Positions 1 through 8,608 of a stretch of DNA of 64,000 nt are shown one piece after another. The DNA comes from Patescibacteria group bacterium (GTDB lineage: Bacteria; Patescibacteriota; Microgenomatia; UM-FILTER-40-11), in contig DATKVM010000005.1 of NCBI GenBank assembly GCA_035530075.1, forward strand, positions 22,823-86,822, in the 5' to 3' direction. The first letter of the stretch is position 1. Each line of letters begins with the position of its first letter. The notes under the pieces were generated by a model. It saw only the letters and a program-made list of their open reading frames with translations. It was not told the DNA's origin and made no database searches. The translations under genes and the position numbers were made by a program.

Positions 1-379
1 GGAAAGAGGTCGAGCGGTAGAGGAAAGAGCCAGAGAAGCTTTTTGGAATTTTATTGGTTCCTCCGATTGCCCCCCTTGGCTAACCGGCTATCTCCCCGCT
101 CAAGGCACCTTGGCTGATGAAGACGGAGGCGTTGATGGTTATGTTTTCACCGATATGGACGAGATTGAAATTCAAATTAAATCTTCCCCCAAAGGAGTCG
201 CCTGGGCCAAAAAAACCCATCCTAAAGTACCGGTTTTTTGCGTTGAGTCAACCTATTTTTCCGATAGCGAAATTATGGCCATTTTCCTTCCCCGACTGAG
301 AAAAATAAGAAACCGGCGGTATAACCAAGCCCGCCGCCAAACTCAATCCTCAACCTTCTCTCTTTGCTTGAAAAAATGA
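1..379 (+). CDS. C-terminal fragment of an unidentified protein; the ORF is open to the window edge in this frame
   Basis: The frame of ORF 110..379 stays open back to nt 2 with no stop, so the gene starts upstream of the window. No recognisable motif. Confidence 0.3.
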   Translation, partial: ERGRAVEERAREAFWNFIGSSDCPPWLTGYLPAQGTLADEDGGVDGYVFTDMDEIEIQIKSSPKGVAWAKKTHPKVPVFCVESTYFSDSEIMAIFLPRLRKIRNRRYNQARRQTQSSTFSLCLKK

Positions 380-477
380 GCCTATCAACTTTTTTTTGCT
401 TGAAAAAATAAGCTTGATAGTAATAATCTTTACGCGGCTCTTTACAGCTGTATCTTGAGCCCTTCAAGGAGGGGACA

Positions 478-894
478 ATGTTTAAGGGAAAAGCCAAAAC
501 TAGCTTGACCCTTGAGAACATCAGCAACTTCCTCATGGAGGAACTGATAAAGGCAGAGACGGTGGGGGTAAGCAAAAGAGAAATCCGCACCCTCCTCTTT
601 CGGGGCCGAGAACAAGATGCCCCCCAAATCAGAAGTCTTTTGCGCACCACCATTAAGTCCCTGCCCGCCGTCAGCGTCGGCGACCGCTGGTACTTAGAGG
701 AATTCGCTCCTCGCAAGAAACCAGAACTACCCACTCCGGCGGAGGAACCAGTAGAAGAAGTGGAAGAAAAGGAAATCGCGGTGCCGCGGACGGAGAGATA
801 TCAGCACATCTCTTTCATCCGCATGAAAACCCCTTACGGCATCGTATCCATGGAGGAAATCGACGCTAACGTCACCCTCGACTTCAACTACTAA
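478..894 (+). CDS. hypothetical protein
   Basis: 138 aa ORF with RBS-like GGAGGGG at ~469. No recognisable domain. Confidence 0.4.
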   Translation: MFKGKAKTSLTLENISNFLMEELIKAETVGVSKREIRTLLFRGREQDAPQIRSLLRTTIKSLPAVSVGDRWYLEEFAPRKKPELPTPAEEPVEEVEEKEIAVPRTERYQHISFIRMKTPYGIVSMEEIDANVTLDFNY

Positions 895-905
895 CAGCAA
901 ATAGA

Positions 906-948
906 GCACGGAGGGAAACCCCTACCTAAAAACTCTCCGTGCTCTCCC
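906..948 (+). terminator. hairpin with an 11 bp perfect stem (AGAGCACGGAG / CTCCGTGCTCT) downstream of the 478..894 gene
   Basis: Read directly. 21 nt loop, followed by a weak T-rich stretch. Confidence 0.35.
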
Positions 949-1007
949 AATTTCTAAATCTCCTCCGTCTTGCGCTCCCCGAAAAATCAGCATATATTTA
1001 ATTAAGA

Positions 1008-1694
1008 ATGCCGGCTCAAAAGCGCTCTTCTTCTGGTTTTACCCTTTTTGAACTGCTTATCGCCATCACTGTTTTGGCAGTCTTGTTTATCGGCAGTGCC
1101 TTGACTGCCAGCGCTCAATTGAGAAAAGCCCGCGACGGAAGAAGAAAGTCCGATATAAATCGCATAAAAATTGCTCTCTACGACTACTACTTTGACCAAG
1201 GCTGTTTCCCCGAAACTCTCCCCACTTGCGGCCAACCGCTGAAACTGGGGGAAACCGCCTACCTTAATAATTTTCCCTGCGACCCTCAGGGAAACCCTTA
1301 TGTTTATCAAACCGACCGGACTAATTGTCTTTGGTTTAAAGTTCTCACTAACTTAGAAAATGCGCGGGACCCCGATATTGACCGCATCGGTTGCCGGACC
1401 GGCTGCGGACCCGACTGCCAATATAACTACGGATTGGCCAGCACTAATATTACTGTCTACGATGGTTGCGTCAGATACTTTGCCTGCAATCCCGGAGGGC
1501 AATGCCAAGAATATGATAATCCCGAGCAAAGCCAGTGTCCCGTTACTTATAAAAATGACCCCAATTGCGCTGGCCTTTGTCCCACGAGTACTAAAAGCGG
1601 TCGTTGCAAGGATGCGAGCGGCAAGCAAGAGCCGGGAGCAAATGAGCCGCCAACCAAATCCCCTGAAGGGCCGGCCAAAAAAGGCCCCAAGTAG
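1008..1694 (+). CDS. type IV pilin / pseudopilin-like protein with prepilin N-terminal cleavage-methylation motif
   Basis: N-terminus ...SSGFTLFELLIAITVLAVL matches the G|FTLxE prepilin signal plus a hydrophobic helix. The C-terminal domain has 12 Cys and a K/P/E-rich tail. Confidence 0.75.
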   Translation: MPAQKRSSSGFTLFELLIAITVLAVLFIGSALTASAQLRKARDGRRKSDINRIKIALYDYYFDQGCFPETLPTCGQPLKLGETAYLNNFPCDPQGNPYVYQTDRTNCLWFKVLTNLENARDPDIDRIGCRTGCGPDCQYNYGLASTNITVYDGCVRYFACNPGGQCQEYDNPEQSQCPVTYKNDPNCAGLCPTSTKSGRCKDASGKQEPGANEPPTKSPEGPAKKGPK

Positions 1695-1743
1695 ACTCCT
1701 CTTACCCACTTATTACTGATTTTTTCTTTGATTTTTACCGGCG

Positions 1744-3165
1744 TTGTTTATCTTCGACTTCATGACTAATTTAAGACGCCATCTACCAAAGTTACTCTTG
1801 CTCCTCGGCTTACTGGCCTTCTCCGCCAGAAGCCAAACTCCGCCTTCGGCCTTAGCCCAAATTAGCAACTGGCAAAGAGGCGTCAGCGTGGAACCAACTT
1901 CCCCGACCACTTTCGGCGAAAACCCTTTTAAAGAATCATTGAGAAATTTAGCGGCCACCGGCGCCAATTCCGTCGCTCTCATTATTCCTTACTATCAATC
2001 CTCCCTGACGGCCACCGATTTGGACCGAGGCTGGAATACCCCCACCGATGAATCCTTAATTGAAGCAATCAATTACGCTCATTCCATTGGTTTAAAAGTA
2101 ATGCTCAAAGTCCACCCGGAAGTTAAAACTAACGAATGGCGCGGTTTTATCAATCCGGACGACCGGGCCGGCTGGTTTAATAATTACGGCCAGATTTTAG
2201 AACACTATGCCGCCCTGGGGCGCGATTACGCCGTCGAAGAAATCTGCCTGGGGGCAGAGCTTTTCAAAGTCACTTCACCCAGCAGTAATTCCACTAATAC
2301 CGAAAACTGGAATCAGCTCATTGATCGAGTCAAAGAAACTTACTCCGGTCAGCTAACTTACAGCGCTCAACATACTTATCCGCGGGAAGCCGAGGAAATC
2401 GAGTTTTGGAACCGGCTCGACCATATCGGCTTTGCCGCTTACTTCGCTCTTGCCCCCGACGACCCCGATCCTTCTTTGGAAACGCTTAAGAACGCTTGGG
2501 ACAAAGTCAACACCGAGGCCATCGCTCCGCTGGCCCAAAAATGGAATAAACCGGTTTTGCTTACCGAAATTGGTTATCGAAGTATGGATAATACTCATGC
2601 CGACCCTTGGGACTGGGGCCGCGATGGCAACGTTAACGAAGAAGAACAGGCCCGCAATTACGAAGCCCTGCTTTCTTACTGGAACGACCAATCCTCCATG
2701 GCCGGAGTTTATTTTTGGAAATGGGAAGCGGATCCGAATGCCGGCGGCAACGCGGATACGGGCTATACGCCTCAAAATAAACAAGCTCAAGAAGTCCTAA
2801 CTACTTGGTTTGGCGGTAATGCCTTAACGCCCACGCCCACTGAGGAAATCACTCCCACTCCAAGCGCTGAACCCACTCCCTCTGAAGAACCGGAGCCAAC
2901 TCTCCCTCCCGAAGAGGAATTAACCCCGACTCCTACCGAAGAACCGGAGCCAACCCCGACCGAAACTGTCCCCACCCCAACCTTGCCGCCGTCTGAACCG
3001 ACTCTTCCGCCAACACCAACCAGCCCGCCTCAACCTCACCATCCCTGCTGTCCTCAGATTGATTGGCCCAGTCTTCCCGCTTGGCCCGCTCTACCCGAAC
3101 CGCCAGCTCGCCCGGAACCACCCGCCACCCCCGATTTATCAAAGCTAATGAGCCTCTTTTATTAA
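1744..3165 (+). CDS. secreted clan GH-A (cellulase-superfamily TIM barrel) glycoside hydrolase with a Pro/Thr/Glu-rich C-terminal linker
   Basis: Signal-peptide-like N-terminus (LLLLLGLLAFSARS). Putative acid/base motif ICLGAEL and nucleophile motif LLTEIGY. PT-rich low-complexity tail TPTPTEEPEPTPTE... Confidence 0.55.
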   Translation: MFIFDFMTNLRRHLPKLLLLLGLLAFSARSQTPPSALAQISNWQRGVSVEPTSPTTFGENPFKESLRNLAATGANSVALIIPYYQSSLTATDLDRGWNTPTDESLIEAINYAHSIGLKVMLKVHPEVKTNEWRGFINPDDRAGWFNNYGQILEHYAALGRDYAVEEICLGAELFKVTSPSSNSTNTENWNQLIDRVKETYSGQLTYSAQHTYPREAEEIEFWNRLDHIGFAAYFALAPDDPDPSLETLKNAWDKVNTEAIAPLAQKWNKPVLLTEIGYRSMDNTHADPWDWGRDGNVNEEEQARNYEALLSYWNDQSSMAGVYFWKWEADPNAGGNADTGYTPQNKQAQEVLTTWFGGNALTPTPTEEITPTPSAEPTPSEEPEPTLPPEEELTPTPTEEPEPTPTETVPTPTLPPSEPTLPPTPTSPPQPHHPCCPQIDWPSLPAWPALPEPPARPEPPATPDLSKLMSLFY

Positions 3166-3169
3166 GTTG

Positions 3170-3436
3170 ATGGAAAATAAAAAGACCACTGTCATTATTA
3201 AAAACCATGCTTTTAATCCTGCCGAGACGCAAGTGGCCGTGGGCCAAATGGTAATTTGGCGAAATGAGGATCTCGTTCCCCACACCGTCGTCAGTGACCC
3301 CGACGGCAGTATTTTCAAAAGCGGGATAATTGTCTACAGAACAACCACCTCCTTTACTTTTGATAAGGCGGGAGAATACCCTTATCACTGCAGCATCCAC
3401 CCCAATATGCACGGCAAAGTCACTGTCAAAGAGTAA
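3170..3436 (+). CDS. small cupredoxin (type-1 blue copper protein, plastocyanin/amicyanin-like) with no evident signal peptide
   Basis: Ligand pattern His (VPHTVV) plus C-terminal YHCSIHPNMHG (Cys-x2-His-x2-Met). The track ORF begins 3167 at TTG; the first ATG is at 3170. Confidence 0.6.
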   Translation: MENKKTTVIIKNHAFNPAETQVAVGQMVIWRNEDLVPHTVVSDPDGSIFKSGIIVYRTTTSFTFDKAGEYPYHCSIHPNMHGKVTVKE

Positions 3437-3437
3437 T

Positions 3438-3908
3438 TTAAGGGTTAAGCTGGACAATAGAAAAGTTAAGCGCGGCCGCAAAACCAACCCAAATTAAGTA
3501 GGGCAAAAGGAGCCAGGCCGCCGTCCGGGAAACCCGCCCGAAAACAAGGACAGTCGCCAAAATGGCCAGCCAAAGAAAAACTATCTCCACGAAACCGGCC
3601 AAGGGGTTTTGCAGACCAAAAAACAAATAAGTCCAGAGAACATTTAGGCCTAACTGCAGTAAAAATATCCCCAAACCGAGTCTGACCTCTCTTCTATTTA
3701 ACCCTGCCTGCCAAACTAAGTAAGCGGCAATCCCCATAAGCAGGAAAAGCAAAGTCCAAACCGGGGCAAAAAGAAAATTAGGCGGGCTAAAAATTGGCTG
3801 GCGCAAGGAAGGATACCAAGTCGAAAGTGAAGGGGCAGCAAAAATGGCGCCAACCACTCCGGCCAGCTCGCTGACAAAAATGGCGATAACTAATTTTACC
3901 CAGTTCAC
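3438..3908 (-). CDS. tspO: TspO/MBR family tryptophan-rich sensory protein
   Basis: WYPSLRQPIFSPPNFLFAPVWTLLFLLMGIAAYLVW and five predicted TM helices match the TspO signature. Confidence 0.8.
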   Translation of the reverse strand: MNWVKLVIAIFVSELAGVVGAIFAAPSLSTWYPSLRQPIFSPPNFLFAPVWTLLFLLMGIAAYLVWQAGLNRREVRLGLGIFLLQLGLNVLWTYLFFGLQNPLAGFVEIVFLWLAILATVLVFGRVSRTAAWLLLPYLIWVGFAAALNFSIVQLNP

Positions 3909-3953
3909 AAAAAAGACTTTAATCAGAAAGGCTAAAAAAGTAAAGCAAAATTA

Positions 3954-5279
3954 TTAAACCCGACAGGGTAATTTTGATTGAAGCATAACGATGTTTTCCG
4001 CCCCTTGCCGAAAAAGATTGGGTAACTGATAGGCTTTATGCATGGAATCCGCTAATTTTCCTTCGGAGATTAAATTCACAATTTGCCTCCGGGCTTTCCT
4101 GACCTTCAAAACTCGGCCAATGCCATTTCTGATAAATCTTTTTCTGATATTTTCTTCCCACTCGCCCCAAGGAGTCAAAAACAACAAGAAACAACCCGCC
4201 ACTGCCGCATCATAAGTCATATCACCGGACGGTTTAGTGATAAATCCCTGAGCCCAAGGAAAAACGTATTTAATCAGATTTTCGTTGGCGTCAATAATTG
4301 AATCTTCATACAAAATGCGAATAACCGCTTCTTCATTATCCAAATTGCCAATATTAATATGCTGCTTTCGGGCAAAATCTTCAAAAAAATCTCTAAAATC
4401 ACGATGTGTCCCCGCGTAAAGAAAAAGCCTTATTCTTTCCGGCGCTCTTAATAACGGAGCCAGCGACTGAAGGACTTTTTTAATTTCCCCTAAGTTGGTC
4501 CCTAAGCCGCCAGTAGTCACGGCCAGATTAATCGGTTTTCCTTTTTCAATCTTTTTTTCTTTTTTTCCTATCTTTATGATTCTTGGATCAACAGGCGGAC
4601 CGCTTACGACAACCTGATCGTCGGCAATGGTCTTTTTCTGCCTTTGCGCCTCTTTCATAAAATCTTTTTTGGTCTCTTCATCAAAAACGGCATAAATTAT
4701 GTTTTCGGAAGGCAAACAGCCCAGATATTGAGGCCTGACATGAGGATCAGTTACTACCTGCACTACTTTCTTCCCGTTCTTAACCAAAATATTACCCGCT
4801 TCATAATGAAGGGAAATAATAGGGCAACGGGTCTCCTCGGTCAGATACAAAAGCGGTTCAACTACCGCCTCGGTTATGGGAAGTTTATTTCTCACTATCG
4901 TTTCGACTTTATTCTTGAGCCACTTAAGTGTCCGGTGTCTGGCTATTAAACGCCCAACCGTTTCTATAAGTTCAACTTTGCCCCAATTTCGCTCACTAAC
5001 ATAATTAGTCGGATCGGAGAAATGAGCGGTTTTCCTCAGTTTTTTTGCCGCCTCATAAACAGCTACCGCCATCGAATAATGGGCCCGGGAAAAAACTACA
5101 TCGTCCGCCGTATGATACAAAGCCCGATAGCGGTGGGCCAATTCTTTCCTAAAGGTCGCCGAAACGGTCACAATGGGCACCTGAACGGGATGGAATAAAG
5201 TTCTTTCTTGCTCCAAGGCCGAGAGTAAATCCATTTTTTCCCTATCTAAAGATTTGTTCGGTTCCGCCAAAGTGCTCAT
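3954..5279 (-). CDS. GT-B fold glycosyltransferase, GT28/MGDG-synthase-like (putative glycolipid synthase)
   Basis: C-terminal domain begins INLAVTTGGLG and contains ITKPSGDMTYDAAVAGCFLLF, typical of MurG/MGDG-synthase C-terminal halves. Confidence 0.45.
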   Translation of the reverse strand: MSTLAEPNKSLDREKMDLLSALEQERTLFHPVQVPIVTVSATFRKELAHRYRALYHTADDVVFSRAHYSMAVAVYEAAKKLRKTAHFSDPTNYVSERNWGKVELIETVGRLIARHRTLKWLKNKVETIVRNKLPITEAVVEPLLYLTEETRCPIISLHYEAGNILVKNGKKVVQVVTDPHVRPQYLGCLPSENIIYAVFDEETKKDFMKEAQRQKKTIADDQVVVSGPPVDPRIIKIGKKEKKIEKGKPINLAVTTGGLGTNLGEIKKVLQSLAPLLRAPERIRLFLYAGTHRDFRDFFEDFARKQHINIGNLDNEEAVIRILYEDSIIDANENLIKYVFPWAQGFITKPSGDMTYDAAVAGCFLLFLTPWGEWEENIRKRFIRNGIGRVLKVRKARRQIVNLISEGKLADSMHKAYQLPNLFRQGAENIVMLQSKLPCRV

Positions 5280-5344
5280 AGCTTATGATTATATTTAATT
5301 AAGTAGCAAAAAAACAGGGGAAGTTAGTTACTCTTAAAGTGGTT

Positions 5345-5938
5345 TTATCCAAAAACGACTCTTACGGCTTCATCCTCATAAGCAGGTTCTTTTGTTTCAG
5401 GAATTCTATAACTGTGATCAGCTCCCTCGACAGATAAATAACTTACATCTTTTGATATCGCCCCACTCATGTCGTTTTTAACAGCCTCAATATCTCCAAA
5501 CTTATCTCTACTTCCTTGAATAATCACAATTTTCCCCGGAAATTTTTTCAAATCAATATATCCAATATCGTACCCAAAGATAACAAGGCCAAACTTCCCT
5601 ATTTGATCTTTATCAATCTTTTTTAAGTAATATCCTGCAACCACACCGCCTAAAGACTTCCCTATCAATCTGATATTTTTATACTCATTTGAGCGACAAA
5701 AATCCAGCACCGATTGTAAAGTGTCAATTTCTTCAATCAGTTCTGGTCCGGATGAATTCTCTTCACCTCTTTCAATATACGGAAAATTGAATGCAACCAC
5801 ACTGTTACCTCTTTTCCTCGAAGCATCCACAATTTTACTAATTAGACTAGAATCCATCCCTTGGGAACCTCCATGCAAAACAACATCAAGAGTTTTAGCC
5901 TTATTTTTATAAAAATATTTTAGATTAGGCAAGTTCAT
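5345..5938 (-). CDS. alpha/beta hydrolase (GxSxG serine hydrolase, dienelactone-hydrolase-like)
   Basis: Nucleophile elbow GKSLGG and a C-terminal His. Lower GC than the core genes. Confidence 0.55.
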   Translation of the reverse strand: MNLPNLKYFYKNKAKTLDVVLHGGSQGMDSSLISKIVDASRKRGNSVVAFNFPYIERGEENSSGPELIEEIDTLQSVLDFCRSNEYKNIRLIGKSLGGVVAGYYLKKIDKDQIGKFGLVIFGYDIGYIDLKKFPGKIVIIQGSRDKFGDIEAVKNDMSGAISKDVSYLSVEGADHSYRIPETKEPAYEDEAVRVVFG

Positions 5939-6007
5939 ATTTTGCTGATATCAGTATAATCTCTCAATGGGAAACATCGGTCTTGAACCATTTCAGCCTA
6001 ATAACAT

Positions 6008-6838
6008 TTAAACAAGAAATGTGCCTGGAAAAATAGCATTAATTTCATTCTTTAGTTTTTTAATTGCCTCTATTGCAAAAACTTTATTTATTGTTGTAAC
6101 TTTTTTTCCTGCGTAGTTCAAGGAAGAACCTATATGCCAAATTTCGGCATCGCCATCAAGACATATATACCTATCATGAATTTTAATACTGGATTTTACA
6201 TTGGTATTTGAATGTATCATTTTTACATTTTCTGCGTCTTGGACAATTTTTCTGCAATTTTTTGTATAAAGAGATAATATTATTTCTGGTTTTATTTCAG
6301 ATAAAAGATACGCTAACTCCTTTGTCGTCCAAAAATTATCAATTACAAGGATAGATTTTCTAGCTTTTTTGAAAATTTTCTTGAACCAATCCTGGGCTTG
6401 AATTTGGTCATTACTACCAAGCACTATTTGAGGTGGAATTTCTTCCTTATCAAAATTGAATGATGTTGCATCCCCTTTAATAACATTAAACTTTCTTAAG
6501 TAATTATTTACTCCATCTTCGAATATTATTTCAATTTTATACTCACCATAATTATCTATTGGCCATATTAATGGAAAACAAATACTCTTTTCTAAATTAT
6601 CGTCAGGTTGTTTTGGAAAATCGAAGCTATTAAGTAGACTACCATCTGGTTTATAAAAATTAAGTTTCTTTTTTATTTTTGCCGATTCTGCAGAAATCCA
6701 TACAACAATATACCCTTTAAAAAGATAGTTTACATGAGGAATCGCAATTTGTTTTTGAGGTAAAACATCAAGTAAATTAATTCTTCCGTAAGAACCTTCA
6801 GAAACGTGCTCGCAAAATAATGAAAAAAACACTCTCAT
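6008..6838 (-). CDS. hypothetical protein with a variant PLD-like (HxR...D...GSSLN) C-terminal motif
   Basis: IHDRYICLDGDAEIWHIGSSLN resembles the PLD HxK-x4-D-x6-GSxN motif with K to R and altered spacing. The N-terminal ~150 aa are unrecognised. Very AT-rich. Confidence 0.35.
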   Translation of the reverse strand: MRVFFSLFCEHVSEGSYGRINLLDVLPQKQIAIPHVNYLFKGYIVVWISAESAKIKKKLNFYKPDGSLLNSFDFPKQPDDNLEKSICFPLIWPIDNYGEYKIEIIFEDGVNNYLRKFNVIKGDATSFNFDKEEIPPQIVLGSNDQIQAQDWFKKIFKKARKSILVIDNFWTTKELAYLLSEIKPEIILSLYTKNCRKIVQDAENVKMIHSNTNVKSSIKIHDRYICLDGDAEIWHIGSSLNYAGKKVTTINKVFAIEAIKKLKNEINAIFPGTFLV

Positions 6839-7057
6839 AAATACAACTCCTCAGAAAATAGGGGTGCCCGTCTTGGCTGAGCTTACGGGTCTAGTACCAT
6901 TTAGTCCCATAAGCAACTATTCTCAGTGTATCACATTCAAGGCTAAATGAGACAGTATAAAAAGGGAAACTCCCCGCCGTTATCAAGAACACGATGGAGT
7001 AACTTCTTATTACTCTTAAGAATAGTTAACATTTTGGTAAGATTATCGCATATTTTA

Positions 7058-7066
7058 TGCTATAAT
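7058..7066 (+). promoter_or_regulatory. extended -10 element TGCTATAAT upstream of the Nudix operon
   Basis: Exact TGnTATAAT ~25 nt upstream of the ATG at 7090. The same nonamer precedes rnpB. Confidence 0.4.
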
Positions 7067-7089
7067 ACGGCAAGTTTAATTTAAGGCTT

Positions 7090-7473
7090 ATGATTACAAT
7101 ATCCGCGATTTTAATTACTAGTAACGGAAAATATTTATTGGTACAAGAGAATAAACCAGATGATATAGGGTGGACTATTCCGGCAGGAAAAGTGCGAGAT
7201 CAAGAAAGCCCCGAAGAGGGCGCTATTCGAGAGGCTAAGGAAGAAACGGGATTAGAGGTAAAAATTGACGATTTAATTGATACTTTGGAATTTAGTGAGA
7301 AAAATACAATAATGAAAGTCTATAAAGCTAGAGCGATTGGCGGGAATTTAAGGCTAAATGATAAGGAATGCATGGGCATGGGCTGGTTTGACTGGGAAGA
7401 AATTAAACATCTTAGTTTAAGAAGGAAATTCATCAAAGATGTAATTGAAAAGGACATTAATCGTAGGGAGTGA
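7090..7473 (+). CDS. NUDIX hydrolase
   Basis: Nudix box GKVRDQESPEEGAIREAKEETGLEV (Gx5Ex7REUxEExGU). Confidence 0.75.
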   Translation: MITISAILITSNGKYLLVQENKPDDIGWTIPAGKVRDQESPEEGAIREAKEETGLEVKIDDLIDTLEFSEKNTIMKVYKARAIGGNLRLNDKECMGMGWFDWEEIKHLSLRRKFIKDVIEKDINRRE

Positions 7474-7477
7474 TAAT

Positions 7478-8608
7478 ATGGGGAATCCAGAGAAATCACC
7501 ACAAATTACTCAAGAAGAAGTTTTAGAAAAATGGGGTTTGAAACCATTTCCTGTGGGTGAAATATACTCGCCATTACCCGAATCTGCATTCAGTAAGGAA
7601 GTGGGTGAGAAGGTCAGCCAAGTCAGAGTTAGCGTTCCCGGAAGATTAAATTGCTTGATTAAGGACCCTGTTGCCCTTGTAAGAAGAGAAGCGACCGGTG
7701 AATTCAATTATGGAGAAATATCTTTTGGGATAGATTTAATGACACATGCTGAAGCCAGAACAGCTAAGGGGAATAGTATTATTATTGCAGAAAGTACTAA
7801 TCGCCCTAGTTTAGTACGACACTTTGCTGAAATTGTGAGAAAATCTATCGATTATGACGGTGGAATTTATATTGAAGCAAATAACGATTTTCCGTATTCG
7901 CACATTGGGATTGGTTCTTCGGCGGCGCTTGCCACCGCTACGACTTTAGCTATTAATAAACTTACGGGTGAACCCATTAAAACAGAGGCTCTTCCTTTAT
8001 TTTTAGCAAGAAATTATGGCGAAGAAATTGTAGACGACCCCAACCTCCTAGTTCCCGTTCAGTGTACGGGAGGAACTTCCTTAATGGCTTTACATGGCGG
8101 GCTAATAGCTGTAGAAAATAGCGAAGTCGTGCAGAGGATGGAAATCCCAGATGGGCTAAATTATGTATTAGCTATTCCAAGTTTTCCCAGACCAGACGCA
8201 AAAGGTGCTATGGCTAGAGAAATTGATGCCGTTTTTCAGCATATTTTAGAATCTGCTCGACATATGCAACCCTTTTTTGCTCAAAGATTTCAAGAGGTTA
8301 GGAGGGCTATGTCTTTGTCTGATATTAGGGCGGTGGGGAAAGCAATTGAAGAAGTCGATTCAGATGAAGTAATAATGCAGGGGTACGAAAACATGTTTCC
8401 AGGCATTGGCGAACAATACAAAACCGTGAGAGATTCATTGCAAGAATATCAACCAGTTTGTACTTTTATTTCCTCTGCAGGCCCTAGTTTTATAACACTT
8501 TGTGACTCAGAAGTATTGAAGGGAATTATGAACACTCACCATCAGATAGGTTTTCAAGAGGTGATAGCTTCAAAACCAGTTAATCAAGGCTTTAGGTATG
8601 AGAAGTGA
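7478..8608 (+). CDS. GHMP-kinase superfamily protein, beta-ribofuranosylaminobenzene-5'-phosphate synthase-like
   Basis: GHMP motif 2 IGIGSSAALATATT, motif 3-like SSAGPSFITL, and N-terminal VPGRLNCLIKDP resembling the PSRLHFGLID motif of beta-RFAP synthase/MptG-type members. Start moved to the ATG at 7478 behind RBS AGGGAG; the track start 7445 would overlap the Nudix gene. Confidence 0.55.
   Translation: MGNPEKSPQITQEEVLEKWGLKPFPVGEIYSPLPESAFSKEVGEKVSQVRVSVPGRLNCLIKDPVALVRREATGEFNYGEISFGIDLMTHAEARTAKGNSIIIAESTNRPSLVRHFAEIVRKSIDYDGGIYIEANNDFPYSHIGIGSSAALATATTLAINKLTGEPIKTEALPLFLARNYGEEIVDDPNLLVPVQCTGGTSLMALHGGLIAVENSEVVQRMEIPDGLNYVLAIPSFPRPDAKGAMAREIDAVFQHILESARHMQPFFAQRFQEVRRAMSLSDIRAVGKAIEEVDSDEVIMQGYENMFPGIGEQYKTVRDSLQEYQPVCTFISSAGPSFITLCDSEVLKGIMNTHHQIGFQEVIASKPVNQGFRYEK

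Noticed and set aside
110-379. Treating ORF 110..379 as a complete 89 aa gene
   Set aside because: The reading frame is open from nt 2 with no upstream stop, so this is the C-terminal end of a gene that begins before the window.
2353-2790. Antisense or alternative-frame ORFs embedded in large conserved genes (e.g. 2353..2790-, 12193..12411+, 18733..19089+, 58137..58679+)
   Set aside because: They lie fully inside well-supported genes on the opposite strand or an alternate frame. They have no RBS, biased composition, and no recognisable motifs.
2820-3130. Tandem-looking repeats in the glycosidase gene (possible CRISPR or other repeat array)
   Set aside because: It is in-frame low-complexity Pro/Thr/Glu linker coding sequence (TPTPTEEPEPTPTE...). 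The repeats are irregular with no spacer structure, so it is not a CRISPR array.
6860-6925. Possible tRNA-like, SRP RNA or riboswitch identity for the repeat element upstream of the 276 aa gene
   Set aside because: No T-loop GTTCRANYC and no acceptor stem. There is only a loose resemblance to the SRP domain IV motif AGCAGCCAAGG, and helices do not close cleanly. Kept only as an unexplained repeat family.
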